Shown: in pieces, positions 45,597 to 55,872 of the stretch
How positions within the stretch are numbered: the first letter of the stretch is position 1
Layout of the letters: every line of letters starts with the position of its first letter
Virus record (IMG/VR): IMGVR_UViG_3300009068_000001
Span: 1 to 64,000 of that record
Direction: 5' to 3' (one strand)
DNA length: 64,000 nucleotides
Source: a virus
Made by a program: the position numbers and the translations under genes
The notes under the pieces: generated by a model
Seen by the model: only the letters and a program-made list of their open reading frames with translations
Databases searched by the model: none
What the model was told of the DNA's origin: nothing

Positions 45597-47345
45597 TTAA
45601 ATTCCACCAGTAACTGTAGTCACTAAGCTAGTAGAAAGCAGGTATGGAATTTCATTTGCAGCAAGAGAAAGAGTTGCAAGAGATCCAGAACCATCTTTAG
45701 AAAGCTGGGTAACTGTAGCAGAGACTACGCCAGGAACATTTTGAATTGCGGCGGTAATAGTAGAGAGTGGAATTGTTCTTCCAAAGGTGTTTTTATCATA
45801 GTAGAACAAGCCAGTTTCCCCAAGCATTGCTTGATAGATACCTAGTTTTACATCTGAATTTTTCCATGCCGAATCTGCTGTAACGGTTGCAGATAAGTAT
45901 ATTGGAACATAGGTTGGTGGAAGAACGGTTAGGGTTGTTCCTGCCATGATTTTATCGGCCATATAACTTTGAATAGCATAGGAAAGATTAGTCCATGCTG
46001 AAGTAGGTGTTAATGAGATAGCTAAACCACCAGATACATATGCTGTAGTAAGCGTGCTAGCTACGGTAAAAGTTACTGTTGAAGGTACTGCAGTAACTAC
46101 AACGTTTTGTAAATTATACGCTACAGGATTAACACCAGAAATATTAAGAGTGTTTCCAATAGCAAATCCGTGGTCTACGTCAGTAGCAAAAGTTACTGCT
46201 GTACCTGTTGTGGCAATACCTACAATGTTTGCTTGAGGATATCCTGTGGCAGCTTGACCGTCGTTTAGTGGTTGAGCATAAAGGTTTACGTTAGTGTAAA
46301 CACTTGATGCAGCGCTAGCTTTTCCTACGCCTTCTGCAAGAGTAGCTAGATAGGCAAAGTCGTCTACAGTTACCGCCCTACGTCTAGTTAAAACTGCAGC
46401 TTTAATTTTGTTTTTAATATCTGTTAGTGTGTCTCCATCAGCACCGCCTGTTGCAGTGGCGTTATTGGAAACAGTAAAATAAGAGGTAATTTGTGGATCA
46501 ACGTTTCCAGGAAAGAAAGTAAGTTCAGTAATAGAAAGGGACTTAATATTTCCAGCCGAACCAACGCTTACCTTATAAGTTGCACTAATAAGCTGGCCGC
46601 TTGGTGGAATAGCACCGTTGACATTATCACCAAATACAATATCAACTGTTCCATCTTCATTTGGTGACGTAGTAAATACTTTATCATTTGGTCCAGATTC
46701 AAATAAATTATCTACATAAGTCCAGTTACCAAAAGCAACACCTTGACCTACGTAAACTGTAATTGAATTGTTTACAAGACCTGGTTCAGGAACAGTAAAC
46801 GTTTGATTAGATCTACCATCTGACGATCCAATATTAGCTGGCAAAGCAATATTGTATGTGCTATCAATTAAGTCTGGCTTGTCAGTGTTTACTGTTTTTC
46901 CTTCTTGACACGGAAGAGTAATTGCTGTACCCGGAGCTACTGCTGTAGCTGAGGTAGTAGTTTCAAAATATACTTCAGAGTAAGCACCAAAAGAAAGGGG
47001 AGCCATAACTTGAGTTCCAATTGGAATATCAATTGTGTTACTACTAATATTAGTGAAGGTAACATTTACTGTTGCTGGAGTTGGACCAGAGATTACATAG
47101 TCATACAGCTTAGCAAAAGATAACAAAGTCTTACGTTGAATAGCAGTATCAATAGTAGTCTCATTTGCAATACGGTCTAGGTAGTGAGACATAATGTCTC
47201 CCATATAAGCAAATGTTTCAACCAGTACGTGGCCTAAATCAGAGTAGTCAGTAGGGTCCCAAGTAGTATTAGTACGTTCTTTGATTAGATCAATAAGGTC
47301 TGCTTTTAATGCAGCAAAATCTCTAGATGTATAGTCAATTTGCAT
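45597..47345 (-). CDS. Baseplate J-like wedge protein
   Basis: IDYTSRDF, D.G..L.E.FAY.GD, FGD...G.IP, A.GG.D, RAVT..D. Confidence 0.9.
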   Translation of the reverse strand: MQIDYTSRDFAALKADLIDLIKERTNTTWDPTDYSDLGHVLVETFAYMGDIMSHYLDRIANETTIDTAIQRKTLLSFAKLYDYVISGPTPATVNVTFTNISSNTIDIPIGTQVMAPLSFGAYSEVYFETTTSATAVAPGTAITLPCQEGKTVNTDKPDLIDSTYNIALPANIGSSDGRSNQTFTVPEPGLVNNSITVYVGQGVAFGNWTYVDNLFESGPNDKVFTTSPNEDGTVDIVFGDNVNGAIPPSGQLISATYKVSVGSAGNIKSLSITELTFFPGNVDPQITSYFTVSNNATATGGADGDTLTDIKNKIKAAVLTRRRAVTVDDFAYLATLAEGVGKASAASSVYTNVNLYAQPLNDGQAATGYPQANIVGIATTGTAVTFATDVDHGFAIGNTLNISGVNPVAYNLQNVVVTAVPSTVTFTVASTLTTAYVSGGLAISLTPTSAWTNLSYAIQSYMADKIMAGTTLTVLPPTYVPIYLSATVTADSAWKNSDVKLGIYQAMLGETGLFYYDKNTFGRTIPLSTITAAIQNVPGVVSATVTQLSKDGSGSLATLSLAANEIPYLLSTSLVTTVTGGI

Positions 47346-47349
47346 TATC

Positions 47350-47745
47350 TTAATACCCCGCTGTCGTGGTTCCGTTGTAGTTAATGGTGCCTGTGTTAAT
47401 ACTTAGAGAAGTAAGTGTATCATCTGGTAGCTTTAGAGACACGATTACGTTTTCTGTACCGTCATTGTTTTCCCCAGAAAACTCCACAGAGGTTACGCTA
47501 ACCTGTGGGATCCACTTTGCAACGGCTTCTGAGATAGCGATTGGAATAGCAATTCTTGCGTCGCTGTCGTTTTCAAAAAGGCTTCTACTCCAGTCAACCC
47601 CATACTTTGGTTCCATAGGGCGTTGACCAACATAGTAAGACAAAAGGGTTAGAACTTTATCTAAGTAAATTTTAGTAGGTGATTCTGTGTATTGAGGCAC
47701 TCCAGAAGGGCTTATAGTGTAAGGAAAGCTGAGAGCTTTGCTCAT
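47350..47745 (-). CDS. gp25-like baseplate wedge subunit (start likely 47745)
   Basis: LSFPY, GQRPMEPKYG, W.P.V. Confidence 0.8.
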   Translation of the reverse strand: MSKALSFPYTISPSGVPQYTESPTKIYLDKVLTLLSYYVGQRPMEPKYGVDWSRSLFENDSDARIAIPIAISEAVAKWIPQVSVTSVEFSGENNDGTENVIVSLKLPDDTLTSLSINTGTINYNGTTTAGY

Positions 47746-48338
47746 GATTGTACTCCTATCCATACTGGGTAATCAGGATCTCCGGCAATAAACATAACCC
47801 AAACTAACTGGTTTATAGCAGGAAAAGTGCGGTGAAAAGTATGCTCCGGAGTTTTAAGACTAGTAGATGAACTAGTAGTTCCGGGTGCACTAAGACCACT
47901 AGCAGTAGTATATGTGCTAGTCTCTAAAGTGTCTGTAGTAGCCGTAGGAGAAGATGTAACAACATTATCAGTAACCATTGTTTTAGTTGTAACATGCGGG
48001 TGATTTAATTGACCTCCCCCACTTTTAGCCACAACTGTAAGCGCAGGAATTGTAACAGACCCGCCTTGCGGATCAGATGCTGTTGTTGCTGTTGTAGTTA
48101 GCAAAGCTGCAATTTGAGATGCGGTATGTGGTTGATGATCTGGATGATAAGATGAGGATGTAATTGGTAGACAAGCCGGAGCCCAGTTATGAGACTCAAG
48201 TCCAGTAGGACCATAAACTAATACTTGAATTCTATTTTTCTTTAAAGGATCTTTAACACTGGTTACCTGTCCAGAATAGAGACCGTAAAAACGAGGACGA
48301 CCTTGTGGATCCATCATATACTCAAAATCATTACTCAT
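47742..48338 (-). CDS. Baseplate spike (gp5/gpV OB-fold) with an internal His/Thr-rich insertion
   Basis: G.V...KDPLKKNRIQV, WAPAC.P, VWVMF..GDPDYPVWIG. Confidence 0.8.
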   Translation of the reverse strand: MSNDFEYMMDPQGRPRFYGLYSGQVTSVKDPLKKNRIQVLVYGPTGLESHNWAPACLPITSSSYHPDHQPHTASQIAALLTTTATTASDPQGGSVTIPALTVVAKSGGGQLNHPHVTTKTMVTDNVVTSSPTATTDTLETSTYTTASGLSAPGTTSSSTSLKTPEHTFHRTFPAINQLVWVMFIAGDPDYPVWIGVQS

Positions 48339-48949
48339 CTTAGTACCTTTCCACTAGTAGTAGCAGACCATTGTACCGTGTTTTTTATTCCATCTAGATT
48401 TGGAGAAGACGCTTTAAATGCTGTAGTACCAGTAACTTTAGGTACCGTAACTTTAGATAAATTTTGAATTGCAGTTTTAGAAGTAACCCCATATTTTGGG
48501 CTAAGAGTAGAAGCGTTTGGACTAAGGCTATACTCAGTAAGTTTAGCGGGAGGGACAGTTAAAGACTGTCCAGCAAAATCGTTTTGAACGTCTCTGGTAT
48601 CAGATCGGTTTATAGCATCTGGGTCTACATCCCCTATAACGTCTGTACCCACCTCAACACTCATTAAGTATTTGGCTACGCTTCCCCCAAAAATATGCTC
48701 AATTGAAATAACTGTCCAGTAACCAGACATTCCATTTGGAAGACCATCTAAATAAATAGGGTCATAAGGACGTAAAGTGGCATGCCCTACAATAGTTATT
48801 TTTGCTCTATGCTGATACTTGTAAGTTTCACTATAGGCTTGAGCTATTCTTTTAGAGTTAGTTAAATCTGTAATAACCTCATGTGGGTGATGCGTTTTAA
48901 ATTTAGCAGTTTGTTTTCCACCAGAACCAGCGCTAGAAAAATTAGTCAT
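48335..48949 (-). CDS. Baseplate hub (gpD/gp27-like), C-terminal half
   Basis: VG...LRP...I.L.G....SGYW.V..IEH motif. Confidence 0.65.
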   Translation of the reverse strand: MTNFSSAGSGGKQTAKFKTHHPHEVITDLTNSKRIAQAYSETYKYQHRAKITIVGHATLRPYDPIYLDGLPNGMSGYWTVISIEHIFGGSVAKYLMSVEVGTDVIGDVDPDAINRSDTRDVQNDFAGQSLTVPPAKLTEYSLSPNASTLSPKYGVTSKTAIQNLSKVTVPKVTGTTAFKASSPNLDGIKNTVQWSATTSGKVLR

Positions 48950-49818
48950 TATATAGCCAACTTTTTTGCAAAATAAGATTTGTTTGGTATAACAACGCCA
49001 GAGTTTCCTTTTGGTGGAACAACATGGGCGTGGGTAGCTTTAACAGCAGCACCAGTATTAGTGTTAACTCCGCTTACAACTCTATCTATACGTGATGAAT
49101 TTTCTGGTGCATGATCAGAAATTATTGGTTCAAAGGATAAAATAGTACCTGTCATACGAAGGGCTGCAGGTACTACACCGCCAACTTGATTGTCGACATA
49201 GTTAAAATAAGGGGCAGAGTTTTTTTTACTTTGATAAATTTTATCTTTAGAAACAAAAATTATAGTAGTGTTTTCAGCTCTTAAAGCAAAACCATTTTGT
49301 TTAGCTAAACTTTTACACAGCTGCCAATCACTTTGACCTGATTGAGATACCTGTGCACGAACTCTAGGATCTCTTTGAGTTACCGCAGCCATACTATATT
49401 TTTTAGCAATCTTAGAAACAACTTGATCTGCTGTTACATTTTTATATATTTTTTGATCGGTATTTTTTAAAACCCAAGAAGCTCCCACACATACTACGTC
49501 GGTGTTACCTCCTTGAAGAGAATGATCTTGACGTATGTGGTATATATAACCGTTCCAAGTAGACTTTAATTTTCCTGACCTAAAGGTAAAAATAACAGGG
49601 TCGCCTGAAACAATAGATTCTTTTTTATTAGCCGGCTTTCCTTTATAGTGAAGCACTAAACGGTCGTGCTCATTGGGGTCTTGAAGAAGTTCAGCACCTA
49701 TCAATACAAGTTCCATGTCAGGAGCTTTAGGGAACGAAGCATCAAACTCACTGTCTTTTGCATTAGAGCTCCATACAAAATTCTTTTGATCTGGAGTACG
49801 TGAATAACTAGTTGCCAT
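48949..49818 (-). CDS. Baseplate hub (gpD/gp27-like), N-terminal half
   Basis: TADQVV.KIA, Q.GQSDWQL...LAKQNG motif. Confidence 0.7.
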   Translation of the reverse strand: MATSYSRTPDQKNFVWSSNAKDSEFDASFPKAPDMELVLIGAELLQDPNEHDRLVLHYKGKPANKKESIVSGDPVIFTFRSGKLKSTWNGYIYHIRQDHSLQGGNTDVVCVGASWVLKNTDQKIYKNVTADQVVSKIAKKYSMAAVTQRDPRVRAQVSQSGQSDWQLCKSLAKQNGFALRAENTTIIFVSKDKIYQSKKNSAPYFNYVDNQVGGVVPAALRMTGTILSFEPIISDHAPENSSRIDRVVSGVNTNTGAAVKATHAHVVPPKGNSGVVIPNKSYFAKKLAI

Positions 49819-50089
49819 AAGGAACTCTTAAAATAGTGCCTTCTGTAATATCAAATGGGTCTTGAATTTCTGGATTAATTTCCATAATCTCCCACCAATA
49901 TTTAGCTCCAACGCCAAAAACTTCAGAAAGATTAGAAAGGCTATCTCCGTCTTTCCAAGTATAAGAAACATAGTTAACTGTTTGATTATCAGCAAAATTT
50001 CTAAATACAGAAATTACATACTCACCTGTATATTTAGCTTCAGTTTGAGTTAACGATCCATCATAATATCTAGAAACTCTTTCAATCAT
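49808..50089 (-). CDS. LysM-like/tail X baseplate protein
   Basis: SRY; Y...DGDSL..L......WW.I...NP.I.DP.....G..LR.P. Confidence 0.8.
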   Translation of the reverse strand: MIERVSRYYDGSLTQTEAKYTGEYVISVFRNFADNQTVNYVSYTWKDGDSLSNLSEVFGVGAKYWWEIMEINPEIQDPFDITEGTILRVPYGN

Positions 50090-51861
50090 GCGGGTGCCTT
50101 TCCAGTAGTTTTTAAGTATTCTTTAGTAGCTGCAACAGAAACTTTATCGCCAAACGCAGTCTTTTCATTCCAAAGAGCTGGGTAACGAGCAAAGGAAATG
50201 CTAACAGTACTGAGCATAGGAACCATATTTAAATCAAACATTGCATGGTTTACACTAAAACTAGCAACAGATCCGTAATACCGTAGGTTTTCATTTAGTA
50301 CTAGCCAACAAGGAACACCTGTAGTATATCCAAAGTCAGAAGTAAAACCTTTATAACTACTATTAAAGAGTAAAGAATCTTTTAAAGGATCTCCATTTAA
50401 AACACGATACAAAAATTCAATATCGTATTCTGTTCCACGATTTAAAATGCCTGCTCTTTCTATAGGATCAAGCGTTCTTCCATAAATTTTATCTTCAGCT
50501 ATTTTAGGGTTTTGTAAACGTAAGTACTTTAAATCAGGAATACGGTTAATATAAACCTCAAAGCTAACAACAGAATTACCACTTAGTAAAGTAGCAGGAT
50601 CACTCGAACCCATTGTCCAATCTACAGAATTATTAGAAGAACTTTGATACCCAAATTTTTCAGGATTGTACATAAATCTAAATCCCCATTGATTTGTAGA
50701 ACCCTTAGAAGACACTAGTTCTTTTAATTTATCTGGGTTTTTATTTAAAATATCTGCACTGTTTATATCTTGAAAAATTCTTCCTCGTTCACCATCAGCA
50801 AAAGCTGGAAGCTCAGCAATAAACTTATCATTTTTTGCGTGTGTTATTCTTTCACCATGTGAGATTCCTCTTGCGTCACGGTGTGGAGGTGGGTTCCACC
50901 TAACATCTCCTTTAGGAGGAGTAACTGTTGTAATATCTTTTAAACCGTTACCGCTATCTGAAGTATCACTACATGTAGCATTTGACTTAGCAGCAATCAT
51001 TGGATCAGTTACATTTTTCTTAGTCCAAGCAGCTAACTTCTTTTTGTCAGCTAAAACGTCGGCACTCGGAGTACCTTTTGATTGAATTTGATCTCCATTT
51101 TTTGTACAAGTAAAGTGCTCTTGATTTCCTCTACCACCGAACTGTGCGGTTTTAAAGTTTACAACAAAGTGCCATAATCCACCATTACATTTATCCCAAA
51201 CATAGTTACTTAAAACACTTATTTGATTCTGTGCCAAAATAGTATTTTTTTGCATAACCGGTGATTCACCGTATTGAGATTTTATGTATTCTTGGATAGC
51301 AACAAAAGGAAAGACAGGTGCAGTGACTACAGTAGTCCAAGTAATGCTAGGAACTACGTTTCCTGTAGTACCCCAGTTTATTTTATTACTTGCTATTGTT
51401 GTCCAGTTAGGACTAGCATCGCTCTTCCATTGGATTGCTACTGTAGGCGTAGCAATTACCTGTCCGTTTGTAGCCCCAGCTTTACGACTAAAACTTACTT
51501 TTTGATGTGACTTATCATTTATAATTTTACCTTGCGAAACATAGGCAGTTTGATCGGCAGCCGCATTTGCACTAGCAGTTACACTTATAGTTAACCCATT
51601 TGCTAACCCATTATCTTCATTGCTACCCGCATTTGGAGAAACAATTGTTCCAGTGTAGGTACCGTCAGATCCTGTAGCAACCCAAGTAGCAAAGTTATTA
51701 ATCGTAGTAGCATAGATATCAACTAAATAATATACATAGTATTTAGTATTTGTTTTGTGATTAGCTGCAGTAATTTTTGTATTTTTTACTAGATAATCAG
51801 CAGTAATAGTAGAGCTCTCGTCTTGATAGCGACGAACGTTTGCATAGTAATAGGTAGCCAT
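50086..51861 (-). CDS. Tail tube initiator-like baseplate protein with a variable N-terminal domain
   Basis: C-terminal GFRFMYNP...G...S..V.H.MF...MVP....V.ISF; synteny after the tape measure gene. Confidence 0.6.
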   Translation of the reverse strand: MATYYYANVRRYQDESSTITADYLVKNTKITAANHKTNTKYYVYYLVDIYATTINNFATWVATGSDGTYTGTIVSPNAGSNEDNGLANGLTISVTASANAAADQTAYVSQGKIINDKSHQKVSFSRKAGATNGQVIATPTVAIQWKSDASPNWTTIASNKINWGTTGNVVPSITWTTVVTAPVFPFVAIQEYIKSQYGESPVMQKNTILAQNQISVLSNYVWDKCNGGLWHFVVNFKTAQFGGRGNQEHFTCTKNGDQIQSKGTPSADVLADKKKLAAWTKKNVTDPMIAAKSNATCSDTSDSGNGLKDITTVTPPKGDVRWNPPPHRDARGISHGERITHAKNDKFIAELPAFADGERGRIFQDINSADILNKNPDKLKELVSSKGSTNQWGFRFMYNPEKFGYQSSSNNSVDWTMGSSDPATLLSGNSVVSFEVYINRIPDLKYLRLQNPKIAEDKIYGRTLDPIERAGILNRGTEYDIEFLYRVLNGDPLKDSLLFNSSYKGFTSDFGYTTGVPCWLVLNENLRYYGSVASFSVNHAMFDLNMVPMLSTVSISFARYPALWNEKTAFGDKVSVAATKEYLKTTGKAPA

Positions 51862-54233
51862 TAAAGGGCACTTCCAATCTGCTTAAGAATATCACTGTCT
51901 TTAAGTTTCTTGCCAATCATTCTTACTAAACGATCTGCTTCTTGTACAGTTCCCTGAGTGATTTGTACATCCATTTTGAGGTTAATAACAACGTTGCGAG
52001 AATGACTTGATGAACTTCCTACACCAACATTCATTCCTGCTGAAGGACCACCAAGATCCTCGTTAAAACCTGCGCTAGTTAGTGAAGCACTAAGAGCCGG
52101 ACTAGATAGTTGAGAGGCAGATTTACCTAATTTATTTTGTGTAGCTTTTTTAGCCGACCACATAGAGTCTGAAGAAATAGCTGCAGGCCCAGCTACTACA
52201 GCTGCACCTGAAGATATAGGACCAGATGGAGCACCACTTAAGTATGGTGCTGGATCAACCTTAACACCTTTTTCATTAAGAATTTCAAAGTGAAGGTGTG
52301 GACCGGTAGAGTTACCCGCACCAGGAGCACCAGCTTTACCGCCAGACTTACCAACAGTTTGTCCAGGAACAACTTCCTGTCCTCTAGAAACACCAATTTG
52401 AGACAAGTGGCCGTAACGAGATGCTGTGCCATCCTCATGTTTTACTTCAATCCAATTTCCATAACCATTAGCATCATTACCAATAGTACTTACAACACCG
52501 TTGGTAACAGCGGTTAAGTTACTTCCTACGGGGGTTCCAAAGTCTATACCTTTGTGATTAGAAGAAATTCCCGGATGGGCAGAGTTATCACGTGGACCAA
52601 ATGGAGAAGTGATTGGGGTTGCTTTTGGAACAGGGTATAAGAAAGCTGATGCTTCACCATCGTTAGGGCCACCAACTCCTAGGTTACCGTGATCATTTGG
52701 ACCACCAGAACCAAAGAATCCTGCAATGCCTCCGATAATAGATCCAGCAACAATACTTAAACCTAATGTTTCAGGAGCAAACATTGCTCCAATTGCAGCT
52801 CCTGTAGCAGCGCCAGCACCTGCAGCGGCAAGTGTACTGCCCCCACGTGTAACGCTTTTAGAAGCTCCTACTTTTTTACCTAAAGCTTTTCCGCCCTTAC
52901 CAACACCATAACCTACAGCACCTGCACCTAAACCTGCACCTGCTACTGTTGCACCGGCTGCTAATCCTCCAGCTAATCCTGCACCTTTACCAAGAAGTCC
53001 AGCAACACCTCCGCCACCCAGTAATCTACTTAACAATGCAAACTGTATAAGAGTTGATGCGGCACCTGCTAGTGCGCCTGTAAATTGAGCAATAACTCCT
53101 CCCATGTTTCCTGCATTAGGAAGAGTCTGTAAAATTCCTTTAAGGGTCATTAATCCGTCATTAACAGGGCCAAGAGCATCTGCCATTTTACTGTACGCAT
53201 CATTAAGAGCGGCAGTAGTACGAAGGGATGCATCATAACCACCAACTAAACCTTGTTCAGTTGCAGCAAGTTTTTTATTTTCACTAGAGTTAAATCTAAA
53301 ATTAGCACGAATAGGTGAGCTTTGATCTACACCCATTGCGTTAAGAATCTTGTTAGGGTCTTTCATTTGACCTGCTGTAAGAGCTTTGCCATTGGATGCA
53401 CGTGCAAGAATACCTGACTGAATCATCTGCATCAGCTGAGGATCGCCACCAGTAATTTGTTGAATGGTTGCGTAACCCTTACTTCCAGGGTTTAATACAA
53501 GAGCAGCCTGTTGTTTTGTAATCTTTTGACCACGATACAAGAAACTATAAACATCATTAATAATTTGATTAGGCGGTTTTAAGTTACCTTGACGGTCACG
53601 AATTTGAATCCCAGCACGTAAGAAACTCATGCCGTTCATGCCTGCCACACTTGCAGCAGCAGATTCATTGCTCATGCCAGACATGGCGCTTAATCCGCCA
53701 ATTTGACTCATGATATTTTTAGAACTTAATGAGCTAGCTGTATAACCACCTTGATACATTAAGTTCATTGCAGCCATGGTTGGACCCATAGCGCTTGTTG
53801 CTCCACCACCTACCTGGCGGTTAGCCTGCATAATTGCTTGACGTGAGGACATTCCGCTAAGACCTGCATAAGTATCTGCACCCATACGCTGCGTGACAGC
53901 AGCCATAGTATTAGGTGCCATCTTCATGTATGTGCTAGCGCCAAATGCAGCTACGCCAATACCTATTCCAACTTTTTCAGCACGTGTAAATGAACCAAGA
54001 CCAAGACGTCCAGCGCCTGGTCTGTCAGAACTCATCTTACTTGTAGCAGCTTCAGTGTCTTTAATAGCCTTAGACCACTCTTCAACCATTTGGTCTACAA
54101 GTTTTTTAGCTTCTTTAAAGTACTTAATAAAGTTTTTAGGTAGGCCATCAAAGTCTACTTGATCCGACATAGATGCAAAACCGGTTGACTCAGCATCAGA
54201 AGGGTTTTCCATATTTCCAAACGCCTCTGCCAT
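51861..54233 (-). CDS. Tape measure protein with a C-terminal M23 peptidase
   Basis: Ala/Gly-rich helical body; HKGID, YGHL, GPHLHFE. Confidence 0.88.
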   Translation of the reverse strand: MAEAFGNMENPSDAESTGFASMSDQVDFDGLPKNFIKYFKEAKKLVDQMVEEWSKAIKDTEAATSKMSSDRPGAGRLGLGSFTRAEKVGIGIGVAAFGASTYMKMAPNTMAAVTQRMGADTYAGLSGMSSRQAIMQANRQVGGGATSAMGPTMAAMNLMYQGGYTASSLSSKNIMSQIGGLSAMSGMSNESAAASVAGMNGMSFLRAGIQIRDRQGNLKPPNQIINDVYSFLYRGQKITKQQAALVLNPGSKGYATIQQITGGDPQLMQMIQSGILARASNGKALTAGQMKDPNKILNAMGVDQSSPIRANFRFNSSENKKLAATEQGLVGGYDASLRTTAALNDAYSKMADALGPVNDGLMTLKGILQTLPNAGNMGGVIAQFTGALAGAASTLIQFALLSRLLGGGGVAGLLGKGAGLAGGLAAGATVAGAGLGAGAVGYGVGKGGKALGKKVGASKSVTRGGSTLAAAGAGAATGAAIGAMFAPETLGLSIVAGSIIGGIAGFFGSGGPNDHGNLGVGGPNDGEASAFLYPVPKATPITSPFGPRDNSAHPGISSNHKGIDFGTPVGSNLTAVTNGVVSTIGNDANGYGNWIEVKHEDGTASRYGHLSQIGVSRGQEVVPGQTVGKSGGKAGAPGAGNSTGPHLHFEILNEKGVKVDPAPYLSGAPSGPISSGAAVVAGPAAISSDSMWSAKKATQNKLGKSASQLSSPALSASLTSAGFNEDLGGPSAGMNVGVGSSSSHSRNVVINLKMDVQITQGTVQEADRLVRMIGKKLKDSDILKQIGSAL

Positions 54234-54238
54234 TTACA

Positions 54239-54391
54239 TCACCGCCTTATTCTAGCCGTAGCTCTTTCTAGCCAATTTATACGTTCTCTCATGCTGAGAT
54301 TACGTACCTCGTGTAGGGTCCACCCCGGATAGTTCTGGACTATTAAGTCCTGCATATCCATAAGTAGTTCGTAATCAACCTCGTTAGCGAA
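54239..54391 (-). CDS. Tail assembly chaperone extension (likely reached by +1 frameshift; alternative ATG at 54361)
   Basis: FANEVDYELLMDMQDLIVQNYPGWTLHEVRNLSMRERINWLERATARIRR; GW...E...L...ER..W typical of G-T extensions. Confidence 0.65.
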   Translation of the reverse strand, partial: FANEVDYELLMDMQDLIVQNYPGWTLHEVRNLSMRERINWLERATARIRR

Positions 54392-55214
54392 ACAACTCCG
54401 CTAAAGTTAGCGGAAGCGGTACCTCCGCGCCGCAAGACTGACAAGGGACTTTAATTTCACTGAGTTGTGGGCCTGGGTTGCGGTTTGTAATCTCCTGAAG
54501 AATTTCTCTACGGTCTTTTAATCCTAGTTTGCGAACGTCGTCCATTCCCAAAACTGGCATACCGTTGATAGATTCAATACAGTTTTTCAAAAGAATTGTA
54601 TCCAATTCTGCTGAAGTTTTGTTGGTAGCAGTTACAATAGCTTTTTGAGTACTGCCTGTAGGCAGAGTAACTACTACTTCTCCAACCTTACACTTAACTG
54701 TAAAAGTATGTTCCCCATCAAGTTTCTTGAGTGGTACATCCTTAGACAGATCTATTTCAAAAGTCTGTTCAAAGCTACAACTAGGGCATTCTCCAGGTCC
54801 TAATTTAATATCAGAACCAAAGGTAGCCTTTCTAATTGCCAGTAATAATAGCTCACGGTCACCTGCATAGAGAGCATCTAGCGTCTCTTTGTCAGCTGGT
54901 TGATCACCAATCTTTACTGTTGCTCTTTCAAGAATTGTTAAAAGAGCTTTACCTGGATCGGTAATCTTAGAGATAATCTCTTCGTCTAATCCAGTTAATT
55001 CTCTAATTTCAGCGGTAGAAATAAAACCTTTAATTGGATCTAAAAATCCACCTAATAGTTCTACATCTGTATCAGGCGGTGGCGTAGTATTTACCTTGGG
55101 AGTATTACTAGCCACCACCGGATCAGAAGGTTTCATAGCTTTATTAGCTAATTCATTTGCTAAAGCTGGGTTGATTGCTGCATTTATAGCGGTATCTGTA
55201 GTCATATTATTCAC
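54384..55214 (-). CDS. Tail assembly chaperone (T4 gp26-like Zn motifs)
   Basis: RELTG.DEE, GDR..LLL.IR..T.G, CPSC, CQSC; located between tube and tape measure genes. Confidence 0.75.
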   Translation of the reverse strand: MNNMTTDTAINAAINPALANELANKAMKPSDPVVASNTPKVNTTPPPDTDVELLGGFLDPIKGFISTAEIRELTGLDEEIISKITDPGKALLTILERATVKIGDQPADKETLDALYAGDRELLLLAIRKATFGSDIKLGPGECPSCSFEQTFEIDLSKDVPLKKLDGEHTFTVKCKVGEVVVTLPTGSTQKAIVTATNKTSAELDTILLKNCIESINGMPVLGMDDVRKLGLKDRREILQEITNRNPGPQLSEIKVPCQSCGAEVPLPLTLAELFR

Positions 55215-55225
55215 CTTTAATTAGT

Positions 55226-55858
55226 TTATTTACCAGCAGTTAATGAAATTTCCGCAGCAGTATTAGCTAGTGTGTAATCTGTTGCGTATGCTACATCAAA
55301 TCCTTCGTGTACTAAAGACATTTCTTCTACCATAAGGGTATTAGCTCCTGCATCTAGATTGCTATAGGATAGTGATGAGATCCAAGCGTTGTAAACCTTA
55401 AAGCGAAGTGAGGTATGTTGAGAACTAGCAACAGTTGCTTGAACCTGTGGAGTACCTCCACCTGTACTTGCTTGAGGATTTGGATGGCTAAGAACTTGAA
55501 TATCAATGTCGCAACGAAATCCCGCACCTACACCTTGACTAATTGAAGGTGTAATTACTGAGAAAAGGCGCTTCATCCATAGGGCATTTGAGTTCTGTCC
55601 TAGCATTACTCCCTTAGAAAGAGTAATTGGGGTGAATGCTGATTGACCAGGGATCTGGTGAACGTTAGTATTGTATCCACCTTCACGATAGGCAATAGGC
55701 TCCGTTGTTACGCTCAACCCTGATAGGGAAACAAATCCCAGTGTTGCTGGCTTTGCGGCATCGGTCCATTCAGCTGTTGGTTTAAATGTAACTAAGAATC
55801 TAAAATTACGGACTGGATCCGTCATCAAAGTACTTAGTGGATTTGTATAGGCTGCCAT
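55226..55858 (-). CDS. Tail tube protein (T4 gp19-like)
   Basis: DP.RNFRF, YREGG, PITLSKG, NAW, EE..L.HEG. Confidence 0.92.
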   Translation of the reverse strand: MAAYTNPLSTLMTDPVRNFRFLVTFKPTAEWTDAAKPATLGFVSLSGLSVTTEPIAYREGGYNTNVHQIPGQSAFTPITLSKGVMLGQNSNALWMKRLFSVITPSISQGVGAGFRCDIDIQVLSHPNPQASTGGGTPQVQATVASSQHTSLRFKVYNAWISSLSYSNLDAGANTLMVEEMSLVHEGFDVAYATDYTLANTAAEISLTAGK

Positions 55859-55872
55859 TTTTTATATCTCCT

